The notes below the pieces were generated by a model. It was given only the letters and a program-made list of their open reading frames with translations, had not been told where the DNA came from and ran no database searches. Positions 18,733 to 27,746 of a stretch of DNA of 50,495 nucleotides are shown one piece after another. The stretch lies in IMG/VR virus record IMGVR_UViG_3300028840_001404, positions 1 to 50,495 of that record; one strand, 5' to 3'. Position 1 is the stretch's first letter, and the number at the start of each line of letters is the position of its first letter. A program made the translations under genes and the position numbers. This DNA comes from a virus (lineage: Duplodnaviria; Caudoviricetes).

Positions 18733-19075
18733 TTACTCTCGCCTCCAATAAAAGGTTCAACCAATCATTCATTTCCATAACTGCATACGTTTTACTTCTA
18801 TTGCGAGAGAACAATAACACCGGAGTCTTACGACCAGACTCTCGTTCAGCCTGCTCCAACCATTGCCAAATCTTTGTTTTCTCTTGGCACTTCACCTCCA
18901 AACATAGATCGTTCAACTCTTCTGGCAACTGACAGATATCGCCCTTCCAATCAGGCAAAGCACCAGACATGGGAGTGCGTCTGCACTTACAGTTGAAGGC
19001 TTTGTTGATAGCATCAGCTACTTCTCTTTCCTTTCGACTGCCCTTCTGCTTGGCACTCCTACCCTTGATTGACAT
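18710..19075 (-). CDS. Holliday junction resolvase (Hjc-like PD-(D/E)XK)
   Basis: KGSRKEREVA, SGA...KGDI, LEVK.QE, W..QA. Confidence 0.85.
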   Translation of the reverse strand: MSIKGRSAKQKGSRKEREVADAINKAFNCKCRRTPMSGALPDWKGDICQLPEELNDLCLEVKCQEKTKIWQWLEQAERESGRKTPVLLFSRNRSKTYAVMEMNDWLNLLLEARVNEGVCCL

Positions 19076-19105
19076 CTTCCTCCTCCAATCTAGCAATGGC
19101 TTCTT

Positions 19106-19330
19106 TCAGTTTTTGCATAAGCACACCCCATTGAGCAAATTCCACCTAACAGAGTAGAGTTTTCTTGGTTGAATGTGATGTGACTCAAGTTCTTTTTCTT
19201 CTCCACAGATTTCACACCGATGGTCTGCAATCTCCTTTACTTTTTTTGCCCACAATATGTCTAAGTGCCTGTTGCCAAACCCTCTTGGTCTAGCAGCTTT
19301 ACGTTTCTTCTGTTTCTTCTTCTTCTTCAT
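19106..19330 (-). pseudogene. Truncated HNH/NinG-like nuclease
   Basis: RCEICG..ESHHI...RWNLLNGVCLCKN*. Stops inside the final CxxCH. Confidence 0.6.
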
Positions 19331-19511
19331 CAGCGTTCTCTTTCTCTAGTTTTTCAATAGCTTCTTTCAGTTCTTTCAGCTCAACATTGACCCAGAGAAA
19401 CTGAGAGCTTCCTCTATTCTCTTGGTTAAGTTGTATGGTTATTTCATTCAGACCACAACCGGTCCAATCCACATAACATCTTGTTTCATTGTCTCTGTTT
19501 TCCAGTTCCAT
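19299..19511 (-). CDS. Hypothetical protein
   Basis: ORF abutting primase. Confidence 0.6.
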   Translation of the reverse strand: MELENRDNETRCYVDWTGCGLNEITIQLNQENRGSSQFLWVNVELKELKEAIEKLEKENADEEEEETEET

Positions 19512-20342
19512 TTATTCTCCTTTCAAGAATTCTATTGTAGCTTTCTTTCCTTTTGATTCATACAAAGCCCTCAAATCATTCGTTGGAGGGCAGTAACATC
19601 CGGTATAAAACACTGGTCCCCCTTCATCTGTTTTAACTTTTCCTAACTTATCACACAAATCTCTTGCCCCTTTTATTCCAGGCTTGTCGTTGTCACATAC
19701 AACTATTACCGTTCTTGGCTTGGGTGAATGCAAACACAACCAATGTGTAAGCATCTCTGAACAAGCATCACAGCTTGGCCTTCCTATAACTTGTACTCCA
19801 CACTCCAAGGCTATACAGGAATCACTCCACCCTTCACACACATACAGTGGTTTGCTGTGGTCAAATTCGATCTGAGGAACCATCAATCCCAACTTACTTC
19901 CTTCAACACAACACTTCCTCCTGTCCCGAAACACTCTCTGTATTCCACAGATTTTATTATCTGCCTCTCTGAGTGGCAAAATCCAAGCTTTCCCATCCCA
20001 TCCTGCAAGCCAAGGTTGAGTTATCATTAGTGTTTCGATCTGAGACAAACCGTCTGGCATCTCATTCTCATAATATTCTTGTGCTAGTTTGGCCCAGTCA
20101 AACTCTCTTAGTTGTTTAGGTTTGTTCTTTCTTAGGCTCCTTAGCCACTCCAACTGTTTGGATGTAATCTTTCCTGACATATTACAACTCCAACAGTGGA
20201 AAGTGCCAGAATATTCTCCCTCCAAGTCTATACTAAGATCAGGAGTTCCCATCAAGCTTTCGTGGAAAGGACAAAATACATATGCCCTCCGGGGATAAAT
20301 CTTGTGTATCTTAGCGGTCTTATTTTTGAGCTGTATGTTCAT
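19512..20342 (-). CDS. DNA primase (CHC2 zinc finger + TOPRIM)
   Basis: CPFH..FHCWSC; VCEGWSD; VCDND.PG; NDLR. Confidence 0.88.
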   Translation of the reverse strand: MNIQLKNKTAKIHKIYPRRAYVFCPFHESLMGTPDLSIDLEGEYSGTFHCWSCNMSGKITSKQLEWLRSLRKNKPKQLREFDWAKLAQEYYENEMPDGLSQIETLMITQPWLAGWDGKAWILPLREADNKICGIQRVFRDRRKCCVEGSKLGLMVPQIEFDHSKPLYVCEGWSDSCIALECGVQVIGRPSCDACSEMLTHWLCLHSPKPRTVIVVCDNDKPGIKGARDLCDKLGKVKTDEGGPVFYTGCYCPPTNDLRALYESKGKKATIEFLKGE

Positions 20343-20548
20343 TATACTTCTTCCAAGATCAATTCAATATCTGTTCCTTCTAACCACTCCACACTTTGTA
20401 GATAAAGAATCTCATCATATGCTCCACTCGTGTATTCACTAAGTTGGTACTCCTGCCTAAGGGTGGTAAAGATTTTGGCTTCTGGATCACACTTTTCCAA
20501 TTCGCTAATAAGTTCTTTAACAGTCATTAGAAAAGCCCTTTCCATCAT
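20342..20548 (-). CDS. Hypothetical protein
   Basis: MTVKELISELEKCDPEA, a common phage N-terminal motif. Confidence 0.65.
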   Translation of the reverse strand: MMERAFLMTVKELISELEKCDPEAKIFTTLRQEYQLSEYTSGAYDEILYLQSVEWLEGTDIELILEEV

Positions 20549-20587
20549 CTGATATTTTATAGCTTCTTAACTTTGGGTGTGTTTTAA

Positions 20588-22492
20588 TCAAAAGAGATTC
20601 CCCTCAATGTCACAAAAGCTACAGCAATATGGTTTGAAAATAACTGGAACTTCTACTCCTCCTGTGCCGCCCCTGTTTTTAGCCACAATAATCAACGCAT
20701 CTTCCGTTTCCTTATCATATAGACTTGGGCTTTCATTTTTTTCATAATATGCTTCTCGATATAGTAGCATGACTACATCTGCATTAGCCCTGATGTATAC
20801 ACTGCCCCACAAATCCCTCATCGTTGGTTTCGGGTCTTCCCCCCTATTTCTTCTCTCGTCAGGGGCACCACTTAGTTGTGCTAGAGCTACTATAGCAACC
20901 TTGTGCTTCTTTGCAAGCTTTTTCAGCTTATCCATTTGTCTCTTGACTTTGATGTCCTCTCTATCCGTTTTCTCACAGAGTTCTGCCATCTGTAGATAGT
21001 CAATGAAGAATACTTTACATCCTTCCGACGACCACTCTTCGACCAGCTTTTCTATCGAATCGTCTGGGGCTCCTTTTTCTAATCTCCACTCTGGATAAAA
21101 ACAATTCACCGATTCAGTAATGGCTATAGTGTTTAGTTTTTCTATTTGTTTGATTGCTTTTCTGATCTCGTTCTTCTCTTCCAGTGAGAGCTTTCCGGCC
21201 TTCAATTTTTGTGAATTAACGTCTGCTACCCTACAGACCAGCCGTTCCTGTAATTCTTCTAGAGTCATTTCTAATGACATGAAACCTACAGGTACTTTCT
21301 TCGCTGATGCGAGAATGAAGTCTAGTACTAAAGCGGTATTGTGTGTAACAATAAAATCATTGGTTAAATATAAACCATCCTGATTTTTTACTTTAATACA
21401 CACCTGCTCAGTAACTCTACTTTTGTTAATGGCAACTATCTTTTTAGAAAAGGCCCTAGGCTTAGTCCATTCACCTGCTTTCCTTTTACATAAGAATGGA
21501 CATTCTAACATTTTAACAACAACAACATATTCAGTTGACTTGTTGTCTTTTTTCCTGTCATAAATTCTTATGTGTGCTAGCCCTCCCAATGACCTTACTA
21601 AGTATTGTACGTCCTTAGCCAGTTGTTCAGACGTTGTGTAGAAATTAACTCTATTGTTTCTTGAACCCCCATCAGTATCCATAAGACCCCTGAGTAAGTC
21701 CATTCGCTGCTCAACATTTCCAAAAAGATAGTGTGGAGGAATTGCCTTATGTTTAGAGGTAACACAAAGTCCCAGCTTTTCTAAGGTTCTCTTTAATGGC
21801 ATTCTCCCTGTCCCAACCAATCTATAGTATGGACATTGACCAGATGTTATTTTTCTAAGTTTGACATCTTTGGGCAGCCGAGTAAAAACCTGATCCACAA
21901 TATCTTTATCTGTCTCTGAGCAGGAAAATCTTAGATTCCTGCCTGACAGGCTGCCATCTCCAATCAGTACCCCCAGTAAGTATGGATTAACTTCAAAGGA
22001 TTTATATGGAAAATTCACGGCATTATTTACAGGAATTTTCCATCGATATCCTTGTCCCTTCGTTAAACCAAGGTCCATGATTTTCTTTAATGTTACTGTT
22101 CTTTCATTGTTTCGATTAGAAATGACAGTCCATAGATGATCTAGACCACACTCTGTAGAAGTATTATCATTGAACTCAATTTTATATGACTGTTTAATTC
22201 CCTGTGGGAACACTCCAATTACTTCCGTCAATTTTCCATCTCGACCATACACCTTTTCCCCCACCCCAATTGCTCCGATTGGTTTCCAGCCCGCTTCTGT
22301 CAAAACAGGCATGTCAACAGGCTGCTCTTTTCCCATGCCAGAACTTCCACCTAAGACATACACACACCCTTTGTTGAATCCAAAGAAAAGTTTGTCTAAA
22401 GAGGCCAGCCCTGTTGAGTACCCCATCTTCGGTTTCTTGTATGAATCTAAGAAGCCGTCAAACGACATCTGTTCAAACTTTGGCATAGCCAC
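20588..22492 (-). CDS. dnaB: DnaB-like replicative helicase (C-terminal domain only) interrupted by an intein
   Basis: STG..SLD, Walker A GSSGMGK|T, SLEM, FIDYLQ, LAQL, DL.GS..I...ADVV, IVAKNRGG. Confidence 0.92.
   Translation of the reverse strand: MAMPKFEQMSFDGFLDSYKKPKMGYSTGLASLDKLFFGFNKGCVYVLGGSSGMGKEQPVDMPVLTEAGWKPIGAIGVGEKVYGRDGKLTEVIGVFPQGIKQSYKIEFNDNTSTECGLDHLWTVISNRNNERTVTLKKIMDLGLTKGQGYRWKIPVNNAVNFPYKSFEVNPYLLGVLIGDGSLSGRNLRFSCSETDKDIVDQVFTRLPKDVKLRKITSGQCPYYRLVGTGRMPLKRTLEKLGLCVTSKHKAIPPHYLFGNVEQRMDLLRGLMDTDGGSRNNRVNFYTTSEQLAKDVQYLVRSLGGLAHIRIYDRKKDNKSTEYVVVVKMLECPFLCKRKAGEWTKPRAFSKKIVAINKSRVTEQVCIKVKNQDGLYLTNDFIVTHNTALVLDFILASAKKVPVGFMSLEMTLEELQERLVCRVADVNSQKLKAGKLSLEEKNEIRKAIKQIEKLNTIAITESVNCFYPEWRLEKGAPDDSIEKLVEEWSSEGCKVFFIDYLQMAELCEKTDREDIKVKRQMDKLKKLAKKHKVAIVALAQLSGAPDERRNRGEDPKPTMRDLWGSVYIRANADVVMLLYREAYYEKNESPSLYDKETEDALIIVAKNRGGTGGVEVPVIFKPYCCSFCDIEGNLF
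21338..22327 (-). mobile_element. 330-aa intein with LAGLIDADG homing endonuclease in the DnaB P-loop
   Basis: Starts EQPVDMPVLT..GW, has HLWTV, LLGVLIGDG / LLRGLMDTDG, VCIKV, and ends IVTHN before Thr+1. Confidence 0.9.
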
Positions 22493-22551
22493 TTCTCCAA
22501 TAAAGGGGACACTCCATTGTCCCCATTAAATCGACTCTGCTTCAACTAAGT

Positions 22552-22824
22552 CTACAGAATCTTTGTCATTCGTTCAAACTTTCTACAAGAATCCACATAG
22601 TCCCAGCTCAGGCCAAAAGGACCATCCCAACCTTCTTGTTCCAAATAAACTATGTTTCCTACATTACGACTAACACACTCAGCAATCTCTTTAGTTACCA
22701 AAAAACCAACACTGTTCTCGTCATAACCAATCCGGTTTTCAGGCTTCTCAAGTTTCTTTAGCTCTTCCTGCAACTTCTTAATATCAGCTTTGCACTGTTC
22801 AATTTTTGCTTGATTGCTGGTCAT
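22552..22824 (-). CDS. Coiled-coil hypothetical protein
   Basis: N-terminal heptads IEQCKADIKKLQEELKKLE; AAGGA SD. Confidence 0.65.
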   Translation of the reverse strand: MTSNQAKIEQCKADIKKLQEELKKLEKPENRIGYDENSVGFLVTKEIAECVSRNVGNIVYLEQEGWDGPFGLSWDYVDSCRKFERMTKIL

Positions 22825-22834
22825 TGTCTTTTCC

Positions 22835-23089
22835 TTAAAAATCTGGAACGTCTTGCTTAGGCTTAATCAATCCGGAGTTGCTCAACAATGTGCTTACGCC
22901 AAGCCACAGATTGAGAAGATCCGTCTTATTGAAGAAAGGATTGTCCTTCCACTCCTTCGCTTCCTTATCAAACTTCTGATGCTGAACAGTGTAATACGTT
23001 GTTGGCTGGTCCTGATAAGACCCTTCCCATTGCACGATCTCAATCTGCCCACTCTTGAACTTCTGAACCATCTTTGCCTTTGCCATCAA
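22835..23089 (-). CDS. Small PC4/PUR-like putative ssDNA-binding protein
   Basis: KFKSGQIEIVQW...FDK...WK....F...DL pattern; C-terminal PDF; replication context. Confidence 0.5.
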   Translation of the reverse strand: MMAKAKMVQKFKSGQIEIVQWEGSYQDQPTTYYTVQHQKFDKEAKEWKDNPFFNKTDLLNLWLGVSTLLSNSGLIKPKQDVPDF

Positions 23090-23397
23090 TTTTCTCCTTT
23101 AATAAGATTAAAAATGTTTTGTCCTGTCAGTTTCCAGCGGCACCAGTCAAAGTTTTCTTGAACTTGTTTGTCTGAATATTTTGTTGCTTCATAACAAGCA
23201 ACACCACAAACAACAGTCCAATCACTGCCTGACTTCAGCAAAATATAAGCTGTGTTGGTATAAATTCCCTTAAAAACGTCCCCGTGTTTATACTCTGGTC
23301 CCTTCTCTTCCTTAATCTGGTCCTCCAATTCTCTGATATTCTGATTAATTGCCTCACGATCTTTCTTTGCTTGCTCTAGTCTATCTTCAAGACTCAT
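23086..23397 (-). CDS. Coiled-coil plus KOW-like domain protein
   Basis: Heptads followed by PEYKHGDVF. Confidence 0.65.
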   Translation of the reverse strand: MSLEDRLEQAKKDREAINQNIRELEDQIKEEKGPEYKHGDVFKGIYTNTAYILLKSGSDWTVVCGVACYEATKYSDKQVQENFDWCRWKLTGQNIFNLIKGEN

Positions 23398-23749
23398 TTT
23401 TGATTCTCTCCACACACTGATTGACGTTTGCGGTTACTGGGAACTTAGAAAACTTAGCCCATACTCTAGCTGCATTCCAACCCGTTTCTTCCTCCACAAT
23501 CTCCAGTGCCTTTTTTTGATCCAACGTTGGTGTCGGATATGATATATCTGTTTCTACGTTAGAACCAGGGGACTTAACTTCCTCATTGTAAACCCATGCT
23601 ACAAACTTGTCTGCTACATCTAGTACATCATCAGCCCCAATCACGTCATTTGAATTGGAAAAAAAGTCAACTGCTGCCTTCAAAGCACATTGTTTAACGA
23701 TCCGTCTGTCCTTTTCTTCCCATTCCTCTTTTGTCATCTCACTTGCCAT
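23387..23749 (-). CDS. Helical domain resembling the C-terminal part of phage SSB/recombination proteins
   Basis: RIVKQCALKAAVD...VLDVADKFVAWV motif. Confidence 0.45.
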   Translation of the reverse strand: MASEMTKEEWEEKDRRIVKQCALKAAVDFFSNSNDVIGADDVLDVADKFVAWVYNEEVKSPGSNVETDISYPTPTLDQKKALEIVEEETGWNAARVWAKFSKFPVTANVNQCVERIKNES

Positions 23750-23752
23750 TGT

Positions 23753-24091
23753 TTATTCCCCCTCCAATACCAACCTACCCTCTACTTTTTGCCAATCCAG
23801 GGTTGTAAGAAAAGACAACTCATCTGCCGTTATCTTGCGTATGTTTTCTACCTTAATGCTTTTGTTATTCCAGCATGTTCCTACTTCAGCAGAATAAGTG
23901 TCTTTAACTACAACCAAAGCAATTTCACCACTTGGCAAACAAGTAACAACTGTTCTAGTATCATTTGTATACACTAGAATGTCACCAACTGAATAAGTCT
24001 CCTCCTCACTAAGCTGCTTCTTCATATTCGCCGCTGTTTCATCCGAGATAGAGATTTTCTTACCATCAATCATCAAGTAATTGTTCATCAT
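23753..24091 (-). CDS. IDGK-ISDETA N-terminal module plus SH3-like domain
   Basis: AAGGAG SD; N-terminus paralogous to the next gene. Confidence 0.75.
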   Translation of the reverse strand: MMNNYLMIDGKKISISDETAANMKKQLSEEETYSVGDILVYTNDTRTVVTCLPSGEIALVVVKDTYSAEVGTCWNNKSIKVENIRKITADELSFLTTLDWQKVEGRLVLEGE

Positions 24092-24103
24092 TTTCTCCTT
24101 AAT

Positions 24104-24535
24104 TTATTGGCCAATTCTTACATACAATGCTTTATTGTCTGCCGGAGCATAGGAACCGTGAACAGGACAAAGCTTGTTTTTTGCAAACCCAACATCAAAC
24201 TTTTCACACAAATTTCTAACATAATCAAAAGACTCAAAAGTCCATTTTGCATTACAAGAAGGCAATGGGACCTTAATCAGTTTTTTACCATGGTAATCAA
24301 TAATAGTCACCTTTTCATCATGTCCGAATGGGTGAGTGTCCAAGTATCCTTGTACCCTCTCCATAAAACTTGGATTGAACTGCTTCTTAAATTCCTCAGC
24401 AGTTTCATCACTAATTTTGATACGCTTTCCGTCAATACAAATGTAGTTCTTTATCATCTGATTGTTCTCCCATTCTTTAAGGAATTCTTCTGCTTCTTGA
24501 CTGTAATATTTAACAATTTTCCACTCATGGTTCAT
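24104..24535 (-). CDS. IDGK-ISDETA module protein (alternative start at 24457)
   Basis: ATGA overlap at 24535; second GGAG-ATG at MIKNYICIDGK. Confidence 0.7.
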   Translation of the reverse strand: MNHEWKIVKYYSQEAEEFLKEWENNQMIKNYICIDGKRIKISDETAEEFKKQFNPSFMERVQGYLDTHPFGHDEKVTIIDYHGKKLIKVPLPSCNAKWTFESFDYVRNLCEKFDVGFAKNKLCPVHGSYAPADNKALYVRIGQ

Positions 24536-25389
24536 TTTTCTGTCCTCCATTTAGAAATACAGCAGGGAGAAAACTTGCAACAACTTCTCACAGGACAATA
24601 GGATTCACACCTAATGCAACCCCCCTTTCGTGTCTCTATATGGTCCCCTCTATTGTTTTCTCTCATCCACTTCTCTGCTTCTTCCATCGTGTCTAGCACT
24701 CGCTCTGCTCTCTGCTTTCCTGTCTTCTTTACAGCGTATGTCGTAGGCTTTTCCCATCTGTCCTCCGAACTACACGAATATGGACTGCTAGAATGATACT
24801 CCAACTGGTCAAGAATAAACTGGTTTTGCTTCTCAAAGGACCAGAGTTTCAAAGGCATAGCTTTATAACTGATGATTGGATAATCCTTTTTAATAGTGTT
24901 TCTAAGCTTCCAATCTCTGTATAGCACGTCAGCAACCAAATCAACTACTTCTTTTCCCTCCATTCTCTGAAACCATGCGTAGATGTTAAGTTGTTCTTCC
25001 TCCTTATCTACTCCAAACTTTTCAAATCCCACTGCTTTGGTTTTGGTATCAATGATGTGTCCATCGAAGAAGTTGTCGGCCTTCCCGACAAGTGTAATAC
25101 CAAAAGGGTTTCCGTTTAAATCCACTGTCTGAGTTAGTTTATGCTCCGCCTCTTCTTCTGTGGTTGCCTTGGATTCACTATATTCGTGTACCGAAATGCC
25201 AATGAGAGTAGATAGCATATCACTTACATCATATTCGATATCATCAAATCTCTCAATCAATAGGGTCCTAATCCTTGGAGCATTAATTAAGTGGGTTGTA
25301 GACATCCGGCTAGGGTCTGGCCTCTTTAATACAGGCAACATTCTAGTTATTCTAGCAGGCAGCTTATATTTGTTGGTCACAGTTGCCAT
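24532..25389 (-). CDS. Cas4-like PD-(D/E)XK exonuclease
   Basis: G.SVHE, LVGKAD..IIDTKT, QLNIY and C-terminal C..RC..YC....C. Confidence 0.85.
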   Translation of the reverse strand: MATVTNKYKLPARITRMLPVLKRPDPSRMSTTHLINAPRIRTLLIERFDDIEYDVSDMLSTLIGISVHEYSESKATTEEEAEHKLTQTVDLNGNPFGITLVGKADNFFDGHIIDTKTKAVGFEKFGVDKEEEQLNIYAWFQRMEGKEVVDLVADVLYRDWKLRNTIKKDYPIISYKAMPLKLWSFEKQNQFILDQLEYHSSSPYSCSSEDRWEKPTTYAVKKTGKQRAERVLDTMEEAEKWMRENNRGDHIETRKGGCIRCESYCPVRSCCKFSPCCISKWRTEK

Positions 25390-25398
25390 GTTTTCTCC

Positions 25399-25710
25399 TT
25401 ATTCTTCAATCCTCTCTACTTGTCCACCCAACCACCCTTCCAACACACTCCTGGGAATCTTGCAAATGTTCTTAACTTCAACCCATTTGCCATTGTTCAC
25501 CATCGCATTGGTGTCTATATCCAAGAAACCAAACTTGGATACACCATCATCATATACACCCTTCTTAATAATTCTTAGCCGCCAACCACGTACAGCAATC
25601 AAATCTCCAGGCTTGAAAGTTTCCTCTCTTTCGACCGTATTTACAAACTTTTTAGCTTGAGTTCCAGTCAACTCTATGTCCCTGCCGTTTGTGTGAATGT
25701 AATGATCCAT
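25399..25710 (-). CDS. Member of the NG(R/K)-I-L N-terminal module + SH3-like family
   Basis: MDHYIHTNGRDIEL..., ETFKPGDLI, VEVKNICKI. Confidence 0.7.
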   Translation of the reverse strand: MDHYIHTNGRDIELTGTQAKKFVNTVEREETFKPGDLIAVRGWRLRIIKKGVYDDGVSKFGFLDIDTNAMVNNGKWVEVKNICKIPRSVLEGWLGGQVERIEE

Positions 25711-25721
25711 TTTCTTTTCTC

Positions 25722-26093
25722 CTATCTACAATGGTCAAAACTGTCAATTTCAATTCTAGAAGCAACAACAACCTTTCTGTTTGATTGGAGTCCCTTGGTA
25801 TGAATATCTTCTTCTTTGATTTTCACCTTAATAATTTTTCGTTTGTTAAAAAACACACATAAATCTCTCCAAAACCTGGCACTCGCTCTAGAAGTAAAGC
25901 AATGGAATCCTGATTTGTATAGAATATTATTATCATCCGTAAGTTTAGACCAAGAAGTTTTTGCTTTGTTTTGTCCTAGTTTCAACTGGAAGAATCTATT
26001 GCTTGTCCTATTGTATTTAGTCACAACCTTCCAAGCAGTAACATATCCGTCTTTCACTCTCAATGGAAAATCTGATTTATGGTGAAGGCACAT
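25722..26093 (-). CDS. Hypothetical phage protein (MCL...AWKV...Y.SGFH family)
   Basis: MCL start with AAGGA SD; YKSGFHCF motif. Confidence 0.7.
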   Translation of the reverse strand: MCLHHKSDFPLRVKDGYVTAWKVVTKYNRTSNRFFQLKLGQNKAKTSWSKLTDDNNILYKSGFHCFTSRASARFWRDLCVFFNKRKIIKVKIKEEDIHTKGLQSNRKVVVASRIEIDSFDHCR

Positions 26094-26107
26094 TGTTTGT
26101 CCTTTCT

Positions 26108-26671
26108 TCAGTATATGTGTTTCCAGCATCTTCTCTTCACAATATCACATACCGCCGAAGGAGTTATCCCATATTCTTTTGCTAATTCAATACCTTTCTC
26201 TCCATTTGCTCTTCTTTTTCTAATATCCCTAACATCAGAACCCAAAAGTTTGCTTCTAACACTTTGCTCCCCGGACCTAAACTTCGTTCCACATTCAGGA
26301 GAGCAAGTCTTTTGTGCCCTTTCCTTTGGCTTGAATAATTTTTCACAAATTGGGCAATGTTTTTCCGGTATTCTGTCTTTTCGATTCCAGATGTTTGCTT
26401 TTTGTGAAACCCATTCTAAATTGCTTACATCATTGTTTGTCTTGTCTCCATCGATGTGATGACAAACACATCCTTCTGGACAAGGACCAACCCAAGTCTC
26501 CAAGACTAATCGATGAACTAGCTTATGCCAAGAGTGGCCCCCCTTTCCCAATACAATCTGCCAATATCCTCTTGGATGTTTGCACAGTTTCAATTGTTTG
26601 TTTCCTGCCTTCACTATTCCCGTTTGACTTATTTGATATGCAGGAAAACCATAAATTTCTCTGAATTCCAT
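26108..26671 (-). CDS. NUMOD4-type HNH homing endonuclease with zinc finger and HTH
   Basis: YQIS..G.V, VHRLVLETWVGP, HHIDGDKTNN.VSNLEW...N, CPIC..CSPEC. Confidence 0.9.
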   Translation of the reverse strand: MEFREIYGFPAYQISQTGIVKAGNKQLKLCKHPRGYWQIVLGKGGHSWHKLVHRLVLETWVGPCPEGCVCHHIDGDKTNNDVSNLEWVSQKANIWNRKDRIPEKHCPICEKLFKPKERAQKTCSPECGTKFRSGEQSVRSKLLGSDVRDIRKRRANGEKGIELAKEYGITPSAVCDIVKRRCWKHIY

Positions 26672-26834
26672 GTACAGACTCCCAATTAAAGGAATGATCT
26701 TGGTGATCTGCTAGAAGAGATTCTATAAGTCTAACCGGCGATCAACTTAGACGTCTCGGTGTTCTCTCATCCATTCGCCGGTCATCTGGTTCGTTTCAGG
26801 AAGTTTTGAGATTCTTAATGCATCACTATGTTCT

Positions 26835-26861
26835 TATACGCTCTTGCAGGTCCAGGGGTTC
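26835..26861 (-). promoter_or_regulatory. ECF-sigma-like (middle) promoter GAAC-N17-CGTATA
   Basis: Same architecture as 34481-34506; AT-rich upstream tract; heads the replication operon. Confidence 0.5.
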
Positions 26862-27025
26862 TACGTATTTCGAGGGAAAATCCTGATTTTGTGAAAATTT
26901 CTCACTTTCTTCAATACCCTACCTCTCCGTAGTGAATTCAGGGAGGCTGACGAAGAGCTTTTTCACCTCTTTGATCTTTGAATTATCAATATTAGCTAGG
27001 CACATTGCACACACTCCTAGTAACT

Positions 27026-27673
27026 TTAATATGTAAAGCCCAAGGATTCAACTGCTGCCTTAAATTCCTTCATAAGCCTAGGCAGTCTAGCTTCTAGTCT
27101 TTCCTCTAGGCCAGGAGCAGTCAAATCCTCATCCGTTGCGTCAGGCCATATGGCCGTGGTCCTAGCAGCATCTAAATTCCTTTCTTTCCCTTCGGTATGT
27201 GGGAGCTGTGGTAAATTGTAAACAGGGTGTTCATTGCCATCTTTGTCAATTATGACGTATTCCCAACATGGTTGTCCTGGGTCGCCGCCAAATAGAATCT
27301 GTCTTTTTTCGCCTTTTCTCAACCCCCAACAATCCTTATCACCCGCATGGTAGACCGTGTTAGGAACATAATGAATTGGCCCGTCAGTGCTACACAAGTG
27401 CCACTTGATTAGTGGGGCCAATTGTGGAAAGCGCTTTGCTATTTCATTATGCAGGCACCCACCTCCATTACACCATAGTGTTTCACCACTCTTGTGTATA
27501 ACCGTCGGTTCACTCCATCGGCGGTCTTTAGTAAAGAGTTTGGCAGTAAGAGACAAACCCTTGTGTCCACGATGATCCTTGTCATCATAACAGACGGAGG
27601 CAATCAATGTTTCTGGCCGACCATCGTCACCAATATAGTCGGAACGAAATTTTTTAATTTGTTCTTCAAACAT
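27026..27673 (-). CDS. Conserved early hypothetical protein
   Basis: AGGAG SD; GGCLH.EI...FP.LAPLIKWHL.STDGP.HY..NT motif. Confidence 0.75.
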   Translation of the reverse strand: MFEEQIKKFRSDYIGDDGRPETLIASVCYDDKDHRGHKGLSLTAKLFTKDRRWSEPTVIHKSGETLWCNGGGCLHNEIAKRFPQLAPLIKWHLCSTDGPIHYVPNTVYHAGDKDCWGLRKGEKRQILFGGDPGQPCWEYVIIDKDGNEHPVYNLPQLPHTEGKERNLDAARTTAIWPDATDEDLTAPGLEERLEARLPRLMKEFKAAVESLGFTY

Positions 27674-27746
27674 CTTTTTCTCCTGTCTACAATGATTTAA
27701 GCTTTTTCTTTGTAAAACATTTGTAGTCTCCTTTATTGTATCTGTT

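Noticed and set aside
19106-19108. Selenocysteine in a CxxU motif
   Set aside because: No convincing SECIS hairpin downstream, and the expected following His is absent.
10579-19330. Genome-wide stop-codon reassignment (TGA=Gly/Trp or TAG=Gln)
   Set aside because: All large genes are intact in code 11, many genes end in TGA with ATGA coupling, the three odd stops would need three different amino acids, and no suppressor tRNA was seen.
24532-25389. CRISPR-Cas system from the Cas4-like gene
   Set aside because: Solo Cas4-like exonucleases are common phage recombination genes; no other cas genes or array.
26672-26830. Group I intron around the HNH gene
   Set aside because: No interrupted host gene and no recognisable P7/catalytic core sequences.
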